A DNA stretch of 64,000 nt from Tetramitus jugosus (taxonomy: Eukaryota; Protista; Heterolobosea), in NCBI GenBank assembly GCA_937625935.1, contig OW569357.1:434001-498000 (forward strand), given 5' to 3'. Of this stretch, positions 10,254-20,749 are shown piece by piece (within the stretch, counting starts at the first letter, position 1; each line of letters starts with the position of its first letter). Below the pieces are notes generated by a model. It had not been told where the DNA came from, searched no databases, and saw only the letters and a list, made by a program, of their open reading frames with translations. The position numbers and the translations under genes are program-made.

Positions 10254-12464
10254 TCAGTATCCGCCACCATCCAACTCCACCGTCCAATCAAACTCCTTGA
10301 ATTGGTCAACGAAACGCAGCACTGCCGTCTTCTCTTGTTCCAGATGAGAGGTGCGTAACTTTGCTTCGTTGGCATTCCTGCGTAGCAGACCGCAGACTAC
10401 CTGGCGTCCCAACAGAAAAGAAAACTTGGATTCGTCTTCAATCACGTGAGCATAGCCACCATTGATTCCAAATTCAACATGAAAGTAAGGAAACTCCTTT
10501 GGTATACTCTTCTTGATTCCTCTTCCTCTTGTATCGATCAACTTTGAGTTCTCAGAGTATTCAGTGTCGCACTCGAGTATGGCCTTCTTGAAGAATCCGG
10601 GAGCCTGTGCACCTGCATCCATAGGAATCGGTATGCATTCAATGTACGCGTGCTTATTCTTTCGAATACAATAGGGAGTGACAGTCTCAATAAATAATAC
10701 ATCTCTATTCTGGGACGCAAACAATTTCTTCAACGACTGCTTAAATCGTTGTATTTCGTACCATTCGTCCTCATCAGTGTCTCTCATTGATGTTTGATGT
10801 TGAAATGTTGTTATAATACAGTGTCCGTCCACAAATGAACCAAATGGTGATAGCATCAGAAAAGCTTTGTCGCCCAGTGCAACAACCATGTGTCTCTTGA
10901 ATGTCTTGCTCGTCTTGAAGCAAAATTGACACGTCTCTGATTCATTCTTCTGAGTGTTGTATTCTTTGATTTGCTTGCTCTTTTGATGTTGCTCATGTCT
11001 GACTCGCTTTTCCTCCATTCTCTTGCTGCTCAGTCCCTTTGCGGACTCGTTACGTGTTCCAAATCGCTCTAATCCCTCGGCTGTATCATCATACTCGTCA
11101 TCCCATTCTCGTCTTCCGTATTTCGTGTTCTCTCCCATCTTTTTGAGCATGGCATGATCGAAATCTTCCACACCACCTTCTTTTGTTTCTCGCACAATTG
11201 TCTCCAGATCAGATTGAGAAGTCAAGGTGCGCATCTCTTGCCGAATTCTTCTTCCCTTATCATCAAAGGTTGGTAGGGTAACAACGGCTTCTTGCTCAGT
11301 ATCAACCGAAGAGGATTTAGCCTTTTTCTTCTCTTCCAGTTCTTTGATTAATTTGTCATGCAAATCCATGTTGCCCATGATCTTTGCCTTCATTGCCCGT
11401 GCAGCCAACTTGTTCAATTCTTCTTCGGATGTGACGTTTTGCGTAGTTGAAACTGACGATGTCGCAGGGTGATCAGAAACGACCTGTAATCGAGATTCCT
11501 GCGCCTCACCAGAAAATTGAGAAAAACGATTATTGCCTCCATCAGACTTGTCACGACTCTGTGAAGAATAGCGATCTTCCCTTCTATCTCTTCTCACTTC
11601 ATTTTTGTCATCACGATCATAATGAGAACTTCGACTTTTACTGCTGCTACTGCTACTGCTCGCACTAGGACTACTTCTCCTCCTTGTTCTTGATTCATCA
11701 TCTTGTTTCCGCCTGAGACTCTCTTCAGGCGCTTTCATTTTTGATTTATAACTGGCACTGAACTCTGCAGAGCGAATACGGCGATACTCATCCTTTTCAT
11801 TTCTACTGCTACTGCGACGATCGTCACTCTTTGATCGCCAATCTTCAACAACACGAGAATCATCTCGATTGGACGAGGCATGTGTTTGTTGTGATGTTTG
11901 ACGCAAACTTTGTTTCATTTCATGGCTCGTAACACCCCAATTATTTCTCAAATAATCATCCACATTTCCACCATCTCTAATTGCTCTCTCTTGCGCTCTC
12001 AACAGTGCTTTTTGTCTCCAACTAGAAGCTCCAAACGACAGTACATTGAGTTCCGATGATGAAGATGACGTTGTTGTATTTGATGATGATGATGATGATG
12101 GTCCATGTTTTTCATGACCAGGAGGCAATCCATTTCCACCATTTGCAAAATAAGGGTTTAGTTCTCTGACTTTGGCCACATCTTCACTCGTTTCCTTTGT
12201 TTGTTGCTTGTTGTTGCTATTGTCTCCAAGATTGTTATTATTGTTTTCTTTGGTTGATGGTGGTGGAGCGAGCATCCATGATTCACGCTGTACATTTTCT
12301 TCCGACGATAATTTTGGCGCCAAATCATGATCGTCGTCGTTGGCACGATGTCGTTTGGTTTGTGATGATAAATCATCGGAATCAATCTTTCTCTTGTTGG
12401 TGGTCGTGGTGGATTCAAAAGGTTGATGTGATCCATTCTTGATGATCACTAATCCTCTCAGCAT
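10254..12464 (-). CDS. CWF19L2: CWF19-like protein 2 (CwfJ C-terminal domains, spliceosome-associated)
   Basis: RELNPYF..GGNGLP, NKLAARAMKAKIMGN, CQFCF, GHCII, HAYIECIPIP, FFKKAILECD, PYFHVEFG..GGYAHVIED, FKEFDWT. Confidence 0.93.
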   Translation of the reverse strand: MLRGLVIIKNGSHQPFESTTTTNKRKIDSDDLSSQTKRHRANDDDHDLAPKLSSEENVQRESWMLAPPPSTKENNNNNLGDNSNNKQQTKETSEDVAKVRELNPYFANGGNGLPPGHEKHGPSSSSSSNTTTSSSSSELNVLSFGASSWRQKALLRAQERAIRDGGNVDDYLRNNWGVTSHEMKQSLRQTSQQTHASSNRDDSRVVEDWRSKSDDRRSSSRNEKDEYRRIRSAEFSASYKSKMKAPEESLRRKQDDESRTRRRSSPSASSSSSSSKSRSSHYDRDDKNEVRRDRREDRYSSQSRDKSDGGNNRFSQFSGEAQESRLQVVSDHPATSSVSTTQNVTSEEELNKLAARAMKAKIMGNMDLHDKLIKELEEKKKAKSSSVDTEQEAVVTLPTFDDKGRRIRQEMRTLTSQSDLETIVRETKEGGVEDFDHAMLKKMGENTKYGRREWDDEYDDTAEGLERFGTRNESAKGLSSKRMEEKRVRHEQHQKSKQIKEYNTQKNESETCQFCFKTSKTFKRHMVVALGDKAFLMLSPFGSFVDGHCIITTFQHQTSMRDTDEDEWYEIQRFKQSLKKLFASQNRDVLFIETVTPYCIRKNKHAYIECIPIPMDAGAQAPGFFKKAILECDTEYSENSKLIDTRGRGIKKSIPKEFPYFHVEFGINGGYAHVIEDESKFSFLLGRQVVCGLLRRNANEAKLRTSHLEQEKTAVLRFVDQFKEFDWTVELDGGGY

Positions 12465-12930
12465 TGTTGTTTTGTTTTTGATTTTTTCTCGCGAGAGAAT
12501 GTTCTTTTTTGTTCAATCAGTTCGAAGAACTTTGCACGTCCGAAAACACAAAGAGCTCTCTCTTGTTATCTTCCATGACAAGGTGATTTTTCAGTCCAGA
12601 CCTGTTTGTGGGATACAGACAAGGTCCTGTTACACCAAAACACAAGTCCCTGAAAATTTTGGTGTAGCTGTAGCTGGATACCATTATGATGATCCGGCTG
12701 ATTACTAGGCAGTAGGCAGGGAGACATTTCTGGCATGAAAGATTCCTTTTCATACCCCGTCCTGGATTCACCGCGGATTCATCAAGAGAGGCGAAGACAC
12801 GTTTCGCGGTGTCGTTGTGCAGTTAAATTCCGCGGAAACAGATTACCCACAGTCCCAGAAGCTGTGACTGAGTTGAAAACCGCAAAAAACAACCAACAAC
12901 AACACAACAAACACCAAGAGCAACACACAA

Positions 12931-13725
12931 ATGATACCCACACAATTCGCCAAGATTGATGATGAAAATCAACTGCAAGATGAAACCCACACCAATGAAG
13001 ACAAGGGATACATAGCCGTCGGTGACAAGTGTAGTCACGATGAAGGAGCTTGTCGTGATTCAGTTTACAATAAACTCTTTGAAGGTAACAAGACTTTTGT
13101 GAGAGACATGAAGCATGAGGACCCAGAGTACTTTGAAAAATTGGCGCGAATCCAGAGCCCGCAATACCTTTTAATCGGATGCTCCGATTCCCGCGTTCCA
13201 CCGGATCAGCTTACGATGACCAAACCCGGAGAAATTTTCATTCATAGAAATGTGGCCAATTTAGTAGTGAACACGGATTTGAATTTGATGGCTGTTCTTC
13301 AGTATGCAGTAGAGGTGTTGAAGGTGAAGCACGTCATTGTGATGGGTCATTACAATTGTGGTGGTGTCAAGGCAAGCATGGAAGGCACTCATCATGGTCT
13401 CATTGACAAGTGGCTCAGAAACATCAAGGATGTGCAGAGATTGCACTGGGATCAATTGTCTGCTGTAGACGATTTCGAAGAGAGATTCAAGCTGCTGGTT
13501 CAGTTGAACGTTCAAGAACAAGCATTGAATTTATGTAAGACTAGCATTATACAAAAGGCTTGGGCCATGGGACACAATGTTCATGTCCATGGATGGATCT
13601 ATGATATCCACACGGGGTACATTAAGGATTTGAAGATTGAGGAGAAGGCATGGGATAGAATCAAGCCCATTTATCAACTGCATTTCCCAGATGTCGAACA
13701 ACAAACGAACAACGAATCAGACTAA
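12931..13725 (+). CDS. Beta-class carbonic anhydrase
   Basis: Zn-ligand motifs IGCSDSRVP and GHYNCGGV; PGEIFIHRNVANLV; VHGWIYDIHTG. Confidence 0.96.
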   Translation: MIPTQFAKIDDENQLQDETHTNEDKGYIAVGDKCSHDEGACRDSVYNKLFEGNKTFVRDMKHEDPEYFEKLARIQSPQYLLIGCSDSRVPPDQLTMTKPGEIFIHRNVANLVVNTDLNLMAVLQYAVEVLKVKHVIVMGHYNCGGVKASMEGTHHGLIDKWLRNIKDVQRLHWDQLSAVDDFEERFKLLVQLNVQEQALNLCKTSIIQKAWAMGHNVHVHGWIYDIHTGYIKDLKIEEKAWDRIKPIYQLHFPDVEQQTNNESD

Positions 13726-13875
13726 AAACAATGGTACTCGTGTGCGACAATACTCAATGAACTTCACATGTTACAACTCATGTGATTGATGGCTCGTGAA
13801 ATTAAATAAACTTTTAACAATGATTGTCGAGTTCACAACTTAAGCAACACCAACGAAAATTTAACAAAAACAAAT

Positions 13876-15004
13876 TTACTTCCTCTTGGATCTGTCTTGT
13901 GATCTTCTGTTCTTTCCAAGTCTCTTGTTTGGTTTTTGAACACCACCACTCTTACTACCTGTTGGCTTCTTTCCTCCTCTTTGTGGAGGACCACCACGCT
14001 TGTGTTGTTGATTGTCTCTCTTGGCATGAGGAGCAGCGGCAGCATTTGCTTTTCCTTGCTTGACATCATCCACATTCTTCTCCAGATCGTTAATATCAAA
14101 CTCCTTACCAGCACTCTTCTTCTTCCACATTTTGATAGCTTCGAGATTGGCCTTCTTCTCATCCAATTTCTCTTGTAGCTTTGCCACTTGAATCTTTTTA
14201 CCGAGCTTCTTTTGTTCTCTTTGCTTTCTGCGCGACTCTCTTGCTTCAATGACCTTCTTTGAGTACAGCAATTTGTCTCTAATCTTGAGCATGTGTTCAT
14301 CTGACTTGACCATCTCTGCAAAGTAGTCATCTGGTCTGATGCATGGTATATTTTGGTTTGTTAACCGTGAGACTGCTTCATTGGCTGACAACAAAGCTTG
14401 ATTGTAACTACAAAGATCATATTGTAAACCAGCGGAGAGGAGAAAAAGAATACAGTCAGAATGGCGCGCACAAAAATTAAAAAAAATTACAAATACAGAG
14501 CAACCAAAAAGAATAGTAACAACAAATAACAACATACAATGACAATTCTCTCTCCAAATCATCTTCGTGATTCTTGACACTCAAATCCTTGAACGAGTGC
14601 AGCGTAATCGTGTGTATCCATGGTAAGTGTTGAGACAATTGAATGTCCTTTAGCTTTTGTTCCAAGCCTTCCTTCTTATACACCTTTTCACTGCTTCTCA
14701 ACAGAGCAGTTGCCAATTGATTAGGCTGTTCTCTCTGCTCCAATATTTTATGAGCTTTTTTTAAATTCAAATAAGCTTGCAATTCACGTTCATCTAATTC
14801 ATCTTCCAAATCAGCGTTAGTTTCTTTTACTCTCTGAGCAACCTTCTCATAGTAATCATCTTCCATTTGATGTTTGGTGAGTGGAACGTGTGTCTCTTCG
14901 ACTTTTTCATATGTTTCGACAAGTTTGGTTGCTTTTGAGTTTTTGGCATTCTTGATGTCTTGTTCGACACCACGCAATATATTTTCATAGTTTATCAGGG
15001 ACAT
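13876..15004 (-). CDS. EBP2: rRNA-processing protein EBP2; two exons (15004-14538, 14407-13876)
   Basis: Removing the GTATGT..TAG intron 14537-14408 gives DDLERELSFYNQAL; RPDDYFAEMVKSDEHMLKIR and the K-rich tail are EBP2 hallmarks. Confidence 0.92.
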
Positions 15005-15313
15005 GGTTTAGAATTGTTTGTTGGTTGGGAGTCAATTAATTTTTTTTCTCTTGTTGTGTGGTCAAGTGAAAAAATTTTTGCTTTGTGTTTTTGTGTCGGA
15101 TGAAGGTGCGATTTTTGATTGAAGTCTCAGTTTTTGTGAATAGGTCGGATTAATTTACTGTTGTTTTGAGAGAAAACTGAAAAGAGCACATGGAACAGAC
15201 AAGCACACGAAGGAACCAGGTTGTTGTATTCACCACCAGGTTTCATCAGGTAGTGAAAACACACAGTGGTGGTATCAATACAACTTAATGGATCCAATGG
15301 TGCATCATATCAC

Positions 15314-16126
15314 TTACTCTTCTTGTTCTTGATTGACATCGAGGGACATTGCCTGTATGACCCACTTCTTCAAATTGACTTCAGTCAGAGTCTTCATCAT
15401 TCTGTGATCTTCATCTTCCAAATACACTTGAACGTTCTGATTGTCGACACGGGATCTGGTTGCATAGTCTACAGAGTCTTGACATGGAACCATATTGTCC
15501 TTTAGACCATGGACAATAACAGTCTTTGGAATGGTCCTTGGAACAATGATCTCCTTTGTAGACTGTCCCAATCTTCTTGCCCACTCCTCTTGAGCAGGTG
15601 CCAACATGAGCAATGGATTCTTGTAAAAGTATTTTTGAGCGCGAATAATTTCGGCGACAACAGCACCACCGTAACCGCCCGCAACAATCAAATCAGGCTT
15701 ATAGTTCTTAATGTACCTTCTCTGTGTGTCCAGTGATTGTTCAAACGTTTGTCTCAATACTTTTCTCATGGCCCATCGCACCAAAAATGCCAATGCTGTT
15801 CCCGATGCCAACACAAACGCAATCATAGAGTACAATCGATTCTTCTTTATACCGAGAAGATAGGCAACATAGGCAATGACACCTGCACCACCCAATGAAC
15901 CAAGATTGACCAAAGCTTTTCCTCTTTTCAATGTCTCAACTGTTCTCATATCAGGGCACTTTGTTCCTGGGAAGACTCTTGTGAGCATTTGAGCTCTTCT
16001 GTCTCTGTTGGAACCTTCCAATCCGTGAACATAGAGAATTTTTAGTGTTTTTAAAATGTCGTCGACAGTGGCGGTAGTGGTAGTCGTGTCGCTGTTGTTC
16101 TCAATGGAAGAAGATGAAGAAGACAT
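15314..16126 (-). CDS. Membrane-associated alpha/beta-hydrolase-fold protein with Gly at the nucleophile position
   Basis: LYVHGLEGS; two hydrophobic segments; nucleophile elbow DLIVAGGYGG; VHGLKDNMVP (Asp) and EDEDHRM (His). Confidence 0.75.
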   Translation of the reverse strand: MSSSSSSIENNSDTTTTTATVDDILKTLKILYVHGLEGSNRDRRAQMLTRVFPGTKCPDMRTVETLKRGKALVNLGSLGGAGVIAYVAYLLGIKKNRLYSMIAFVLASGTALAFLVRWAMRKVLRQTFEQSLDTQRRYIKNYKPDLIVAGGYGGAVVAEIIRAQKYFYKNPLLMLAPAQEEWARRLGQSTKEIIVPRTIPKTVIVHGLKDNMVPCQDSVDYATRSRVDNQNVQVYLEDEDHRMMKTLTEVNLKKWVIQAMSLDVNQEQEE

Positions 16127-16430
16127 GGTTTCTAATTCGATTGATATTGTTCGTTGTGTGTTTTTTTTTCGTGATCTGTTTTTTTTCCGGCGAACCGAAC
16201 GGAAATTTAAATGGGAGAATTCGCAGCCATCTGATTTTTTCGATTGCTATGGATGTTTATCACAGACTGTTCAGATCTAACAAGCTTTGGAATTAGGATC
16301 TAAGGTCAGTTGAAAAGAAGAGTTGATATTATCGTGAATGAGTACTCAGTGTCTTTGGCATTGTGAACATCTTCCCACCGATGAAAAAGATGAAGTTCGA
16401 AGACTTAGTGCACTTCATTCCATTATCCTT

Positions 16431-18497
16431 TTACTTTATTTTCGAAATTAAGCGTAGGAAGGGCCATTCTACACGCTTTGACAAGAGTGAGCATAATAGA
16501 TGGTAGCAATAATGATGGCAGTTGTTGCTAGCAATCATGTACGTTTCTGACCCTCCCCATTTGACATCAGATGTTGGATCCGGTATGCACTGTCCAGATA
16601 GAACAGATAGATCCAATACAGAGTTTGTTGATGCTCTTTGGAATGCGTCACGAGGAGTCACACGCAACCAATGGATTTGAGCCAGAGGTGCTTCGACATC
16701 TGTTTCAGATGACAAATCAGTAATGTATCCCGCGCAGTTGGATGGCTCAGAGTAGAGTAGTGTTGGATTCGGTAGCACGTGTCTTCCATTGATTGTCCAC
16801 TCTGTCACAACTATGCAACCAGGAGCACCTAGTGCCAGCGCCTCAGCTGTTACTGAAGATTCAGGCCGCGCTCTCCGAGTCACTGCATCAAGCACACCAA
16901 ACTCATAAACAATTACTTTGTTGCCGTGCTTGTGTGCCAAGAAAGTGTGGAAGCTGTACAGTGGATTCTTTGGACATGTGAACCATCCTAGATTGATTTC
17001 TGAGTTTGGAACACCATTCTTCCAACAACCAACATACAATCCACTCGGCCAAAACTCTTGTATGTTGTACCATCGCTCACTGTCTCTCATCTCGAACATG
17101 TGACTGTTAGGACATGCATCAAACAGCTTGTATTCTGTTGGCAACTTGAAAACCATATTTCCTCCCTTGTACTCGTGCAAGTAACCAAACTTTACAATTG
17201 TGTCCGAAGCGGATGTCGCCGTTGTTTCGCTTGACGTTGTTTGCTCGCCTCTCTTGCTTAGTTGCTGTTGCACATGAGCTGCAATTTCATTAAATGTACA
17301 ATATCCATCTGGATGCTGCGTGTACCAGGTCGTTGATAAAGCATCACTCAAACAATCAATCATGGGACTGATTTCTCGTCTCTGTTGCACCGATTCCTCA
17401 GCAACGCCAGATGCAAGCACGCATTTACACTCTTCCTCCATTGATCGCCGTAGGTTACTTCTCGAATCCACTCTTGGAGATTGCCTCTTATTATTATTCA
17501 TATCGATAGAATTATTGTTCTCTGCTGAATACAAGTTTCTTGAGAAGCAACAATCGAACACAAGAGTCACATGTTTCGCATCACAATACTCTTCCACAAC
17601 ATTCAACAAATCTCTATAGTACAGTGCATTATGGACCTTGTTTCCTGCTGATTCATCACCCCAGCGATACCCATGACAACAAAAGTACTCTTGCGTACCC
17701 GAATTCTTCAATTGCTCGACTTGTGAATGACCACACAACACAATCATTACTCTTGCATTGCGTTGATGAGCATTATTCTGTTGAGCAGCATTGACATCCA
17801 TCTTGCCATTGTTCACCACAGTAGATAAACTAGTTCTCACTTGTTCGAGAACAGTAGAAGCACTCGATACTTGATCATCGAGCATGTACACGACTCGAGG
17901 GAATCGTTCACTATAGTGTCCCAGTCCATTCTCCAACATGTGACCCAATCGTCTCACTGCACTCAACGAACCATTCAATTTTTCCATGTTTGCATAATTT
18001 TCACATGCAATCAATATGGCAATCGACTCATCATATTTACAATTTTCATGATCATTATTACTACTATCACTACTATCACTACTACTACTACTACCAACAC
18101 TAACACTAGCACTAACACTACTATTACTATTACTACTGCTACTACCAGTGTGATCCTTGTTGTGATTCACATCCATTTCTTCACTACTTTCATTAACATT
18201 CACTTCTAATTCTTCTGCTCCTTCTTCTTGAACTAATTCATTCAGATTCTTCTTATGGTGATGATTCTGGTTGTTGTTGTTGTTGTTATTGTTGTTGTTC
18301 GTTTGACTCTTTCTTCGATGTCTCTTATGGTTGTTATTTTTAGATCGGGTGAGTTCTGGATGATTCAACAAGTGATCGATTGCAGCGTGAACAGATGAAT
18401 AATGAGTGGCTTTGAGTGCCTTTTCGGCCAAGTGACGAGAGAAGCCCATTTCCATCATGGTCTCAATTGCTTGATTCATTTTATCTGTATTCGTCAT
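16431..18497 (-). CDS. UBA + caspase-like (C14) + PPPDE/DeSI-like permuted papain-fold protein
   Basis: UBA MMEMGFSRHLAEKALKAT..SVHAAIDHLL; C14 motifs AILIACENY..L.GS, MIVLCGHS, LVFDCCFS; C-terminal FHTFL...YEFG and YMIASNNCHHY. Confidence 0.72.
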   Translation of the reverse strand: MTNTDKMNQAIETMMEMGFSRHLAEKALKATHYSSVHAAIDHLLNHPELTRSKNNNHKRHRRKSQTNNNNNNNNNNQNHHHKKNLNELVQEEGAEELEVNVNESSEEMDVNHNKDHTGSSSSNSNSSVSASVSVGSSSSSDSSDSSNNDHENCKYDESIAILIACENYANMEKLNGSLSAVRRLGHMLENGLGHYSERFPRVVYMLDDQVSSASTVLEQVRTSLSTVVNNGKMDVNAAQQNNAHQRNARVMIVLCGHSQVEQLKNSGTQEYFCCHGYRWGDESAGNKVHNALYYRDLLNVVEEYCDAKHVTLVFDCCFSRNLYSAENNNSIDMNNNKRQSPRVDSRSNLRRSMEEECKCVLASGVAEESVQQRREISPMIDCLSDALSTTWYTQHPDGYCTFNEIAAHVQQQLSKRGEQTTSSETTATSASDTIVKFGYLHEYKGGNMVFKLPTEYKLFDACPNSHMFEMRDSERWYNIQEFWPSGLYVGCWKNGVPNSEINLGWFTCPKNPLYSFHTFLAHKHGNKVIVYEFGVLDAVTRRARPESSVTAEALALGAPGCIVVTEWTINGRHVLPNPTLLYSEPSNCAGYITDLSSETDVEAPLAQIHWLRVTPRDAFQRASTNSVLDLSVLSGQCIPDPTSDVKWGGSETYMIASNNCHHYCYHLLCSLLSKRVEWPFLRLISKIK
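18055..18145 (+). repeat. (ACT)n-type coding microsatellite (poly-Ser linker of the caspase-like protein)
   Basis: ctactatcactactatcactactactactacta...actaacacta repeats. Confidence 0.75.
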
Positions 18498-18740
18498 TTT
18501 CCTCCTGAGTCAACTCTTACTTTCAACACACACCAGTAAAACTCTACTTTTATTCTGTACACAAAAGAGTTTTGTTGATGGATCTGTTTTTTTTTTGGGG
18601 AGGTTTGGTGTTTGGTGACTTTTGTTCGTTCATTGTTGGTTGCCATGGCATCAACTATTTTTATCTCCAGAGATAAGCTTGAAAAACCAGTCAGGCAGGG
18701 TAAACTTCATAATGAACTTTGATCACACAATTCACAAAAG

Positions 18741-20135
18741 CTATTGTTGAGACTCCATAAAGAACTCCTGGAGGGCCTCTAGGTTTTTGGCAATGTAACT
18801 CTTGGAATCTTCATCTTGTTGCGAAAAGACATCTTGATGCTGGGAAAGAGGAAATTTCAAAGGGCTTGACATGGGGTGCCTTGCAACCTGGGGAGACCTC
18901 TTCTCTTGAATGTCACGAACAACTTTGATAGCAGACTTGGGTGAAGGTCTATTGTATTCGTGAGTGGTGTCCATACTAGATAGCTCCCGTACCTCGTGAA
19001 CAACCGGTTTGAAGAATGTAGGGGATGTTAACATGGACTTGAATATTCCTGTTATGATCAGTAAATCTGACTCATGTGCATAAAATTCGCTGCCGTAAGG
19101 TGTTAAGGCTGAATTTCCCTGTTGAAAAGAACCAATTGTGAGAACGTTTGAAACTGTTAGATCATAAGATGCTCCCATGCGTTGCATCACAGCATATTGC
19201 ACCTCTAAGCCATTCATTAATATTCCTGCCGTACAGCTTCTATGAATGCTACTGATGTTATTAGCAGCGGCTAACATAATATCTCCTACCATTTCTAACA
19301 TTTGACGATGCCTCTTTGTTACTACCTTGTTGTGCAACTTGGAATTCACCTGAATGATTACTACCATTGGCAATGGAGTGTTTCTTGCATGTGTTTGAGC
19401 AAAACCTCCTTCTTCTAATAGTCTACTTATTGTGTGCTCAATGAAACAGTCAATATACCTTTTCACTCTCGATACTGGCCCAAACAGTGATGGCAGATCA
19501 TTGCGCGATCCTGTGCTAGACTCGACCAAGGATAACGGTCCATAAACGGAACTCTTCACACTGTACTGGAGAGATAGCTCCTCGATCCAATCAAATGGGA
19601 CATCTGACTGACAAAATCGGCTATTGTCGATCTTTAGCCGGTACTTGTGTTTCTTTTCTGCAGCAAATGGTTGCGATTCCGAGTGCAAACTCTCATATTG
19701 ATCACTACCTACGTTGGGGTTAAAAAACTGTGTAGCAATAGATTTAGAATGAGTATAAGTTTGACACTCTGCAGGGAACATCCATTCTATTCACTTACAT
19801 ACCCTATTGAACACATACTCTTTCCGTACCAGGCATTGTCCATGTTTTAAGGGCTTTGGTTTCGGTATTGCTTCTTTGTCATCACAAATGACGTATTTGG
19901 CCAAAGCTTGTGTAGCTACTACTGTTCCTCCCATCGCTCTCTCAATCAAGTGTTTTAATTGTTCTTTGGAAGCGACAACATCCTTACTTGTCCTCGCTGT
20001 GTGGGTCGCATAGCCGAGGTGGTGGATATAAAATGTTTTACCTCTCAATGTCGTGGAGCTCTCATCCTTTACCATGTGATTGAGCACAAAGTGAACATGA
20101 TTCACAAAACACTCTTCTTCGCTGGGATCGCTCAT
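18741..20135 (-). CDS. BRCT-domain protein with C-terminal degenerate PD-(D/E)XK-like domain; predicted exons 20135-19803 and 19727-18741 (5' end uncertain)
   Basis: BRCT-like LRGKTFYI...LKHLIERAMGGTVV...KYVIC...LVRKEYVF. A phase-0 GTATGT..ACAG intron (19802-19728, 75 nt) joins the 144-aa and 346-aa ORFs in frame. Confidence 0.55.
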
Positions 20136-20749
20136 GTTTCTGTTTGTAGATGGATCGTCTTCGGGCCAGTTCAGGGATCTAAATTTTCCTTCAATTACCC
20201 GATTGAACGGAAAGATGAGATTCACAAAGTATTTAGGGCGAAACAGGACTGTTTATGGATGTCCGGGCATCCACCACATATCACATCCATCACAAGTCGC
20301 CTATTATTTGGCTGATCCACACATGTTTTCCTTCCTTTGTCGCTCTGATGGATGATGTGCTTCTCCCTCTACTACGATTCTCCCAACTAGAGAATAGAGT
20401 GAACGTGAGGTGCTGGAGGTATCATCACCAAAAGTTCCAATTTGCCACTGCTGCTTGCGATCACAAAACTCTTCCAGAGAGACCCACGTACAACAAAACG
20501 CAAACACTCATCAAACTTGTGATCTCTTGCGCACTTTATTGAAGTACTTCCAAAAGCTCAAAATCCCACACCCCACCAAACAGATTTCGGTGTCACGTCC
20601 ATCGCTCGCTATCAACAAAAATTATTCTTGCATAAAGTACTCGCTTTTAAATTGTCACAAACACCACACAACAACAAAAATTTTTGACCATCCGGAAACC
20701 CACTTCTCACCACTGCCTCTAGACCAACACAATAACACATTACAACAAC

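Noticed and set aside
12931-13725. Horizontal transfer of the bacterial-looking beta-carbonic anhydrase
   Set aside because: This clade is also common in fungi and protists; cannot be judged without a phylogeny.
20250-20300. Minus-strand CDGCDMWW (PHD-like) peptide in frame with the BRCT ORF
   Set aside because: Flanked by in-frame stops (TAG/TAA) and I could not build a consistent splice; may be chance or an unresolved 5' exon.
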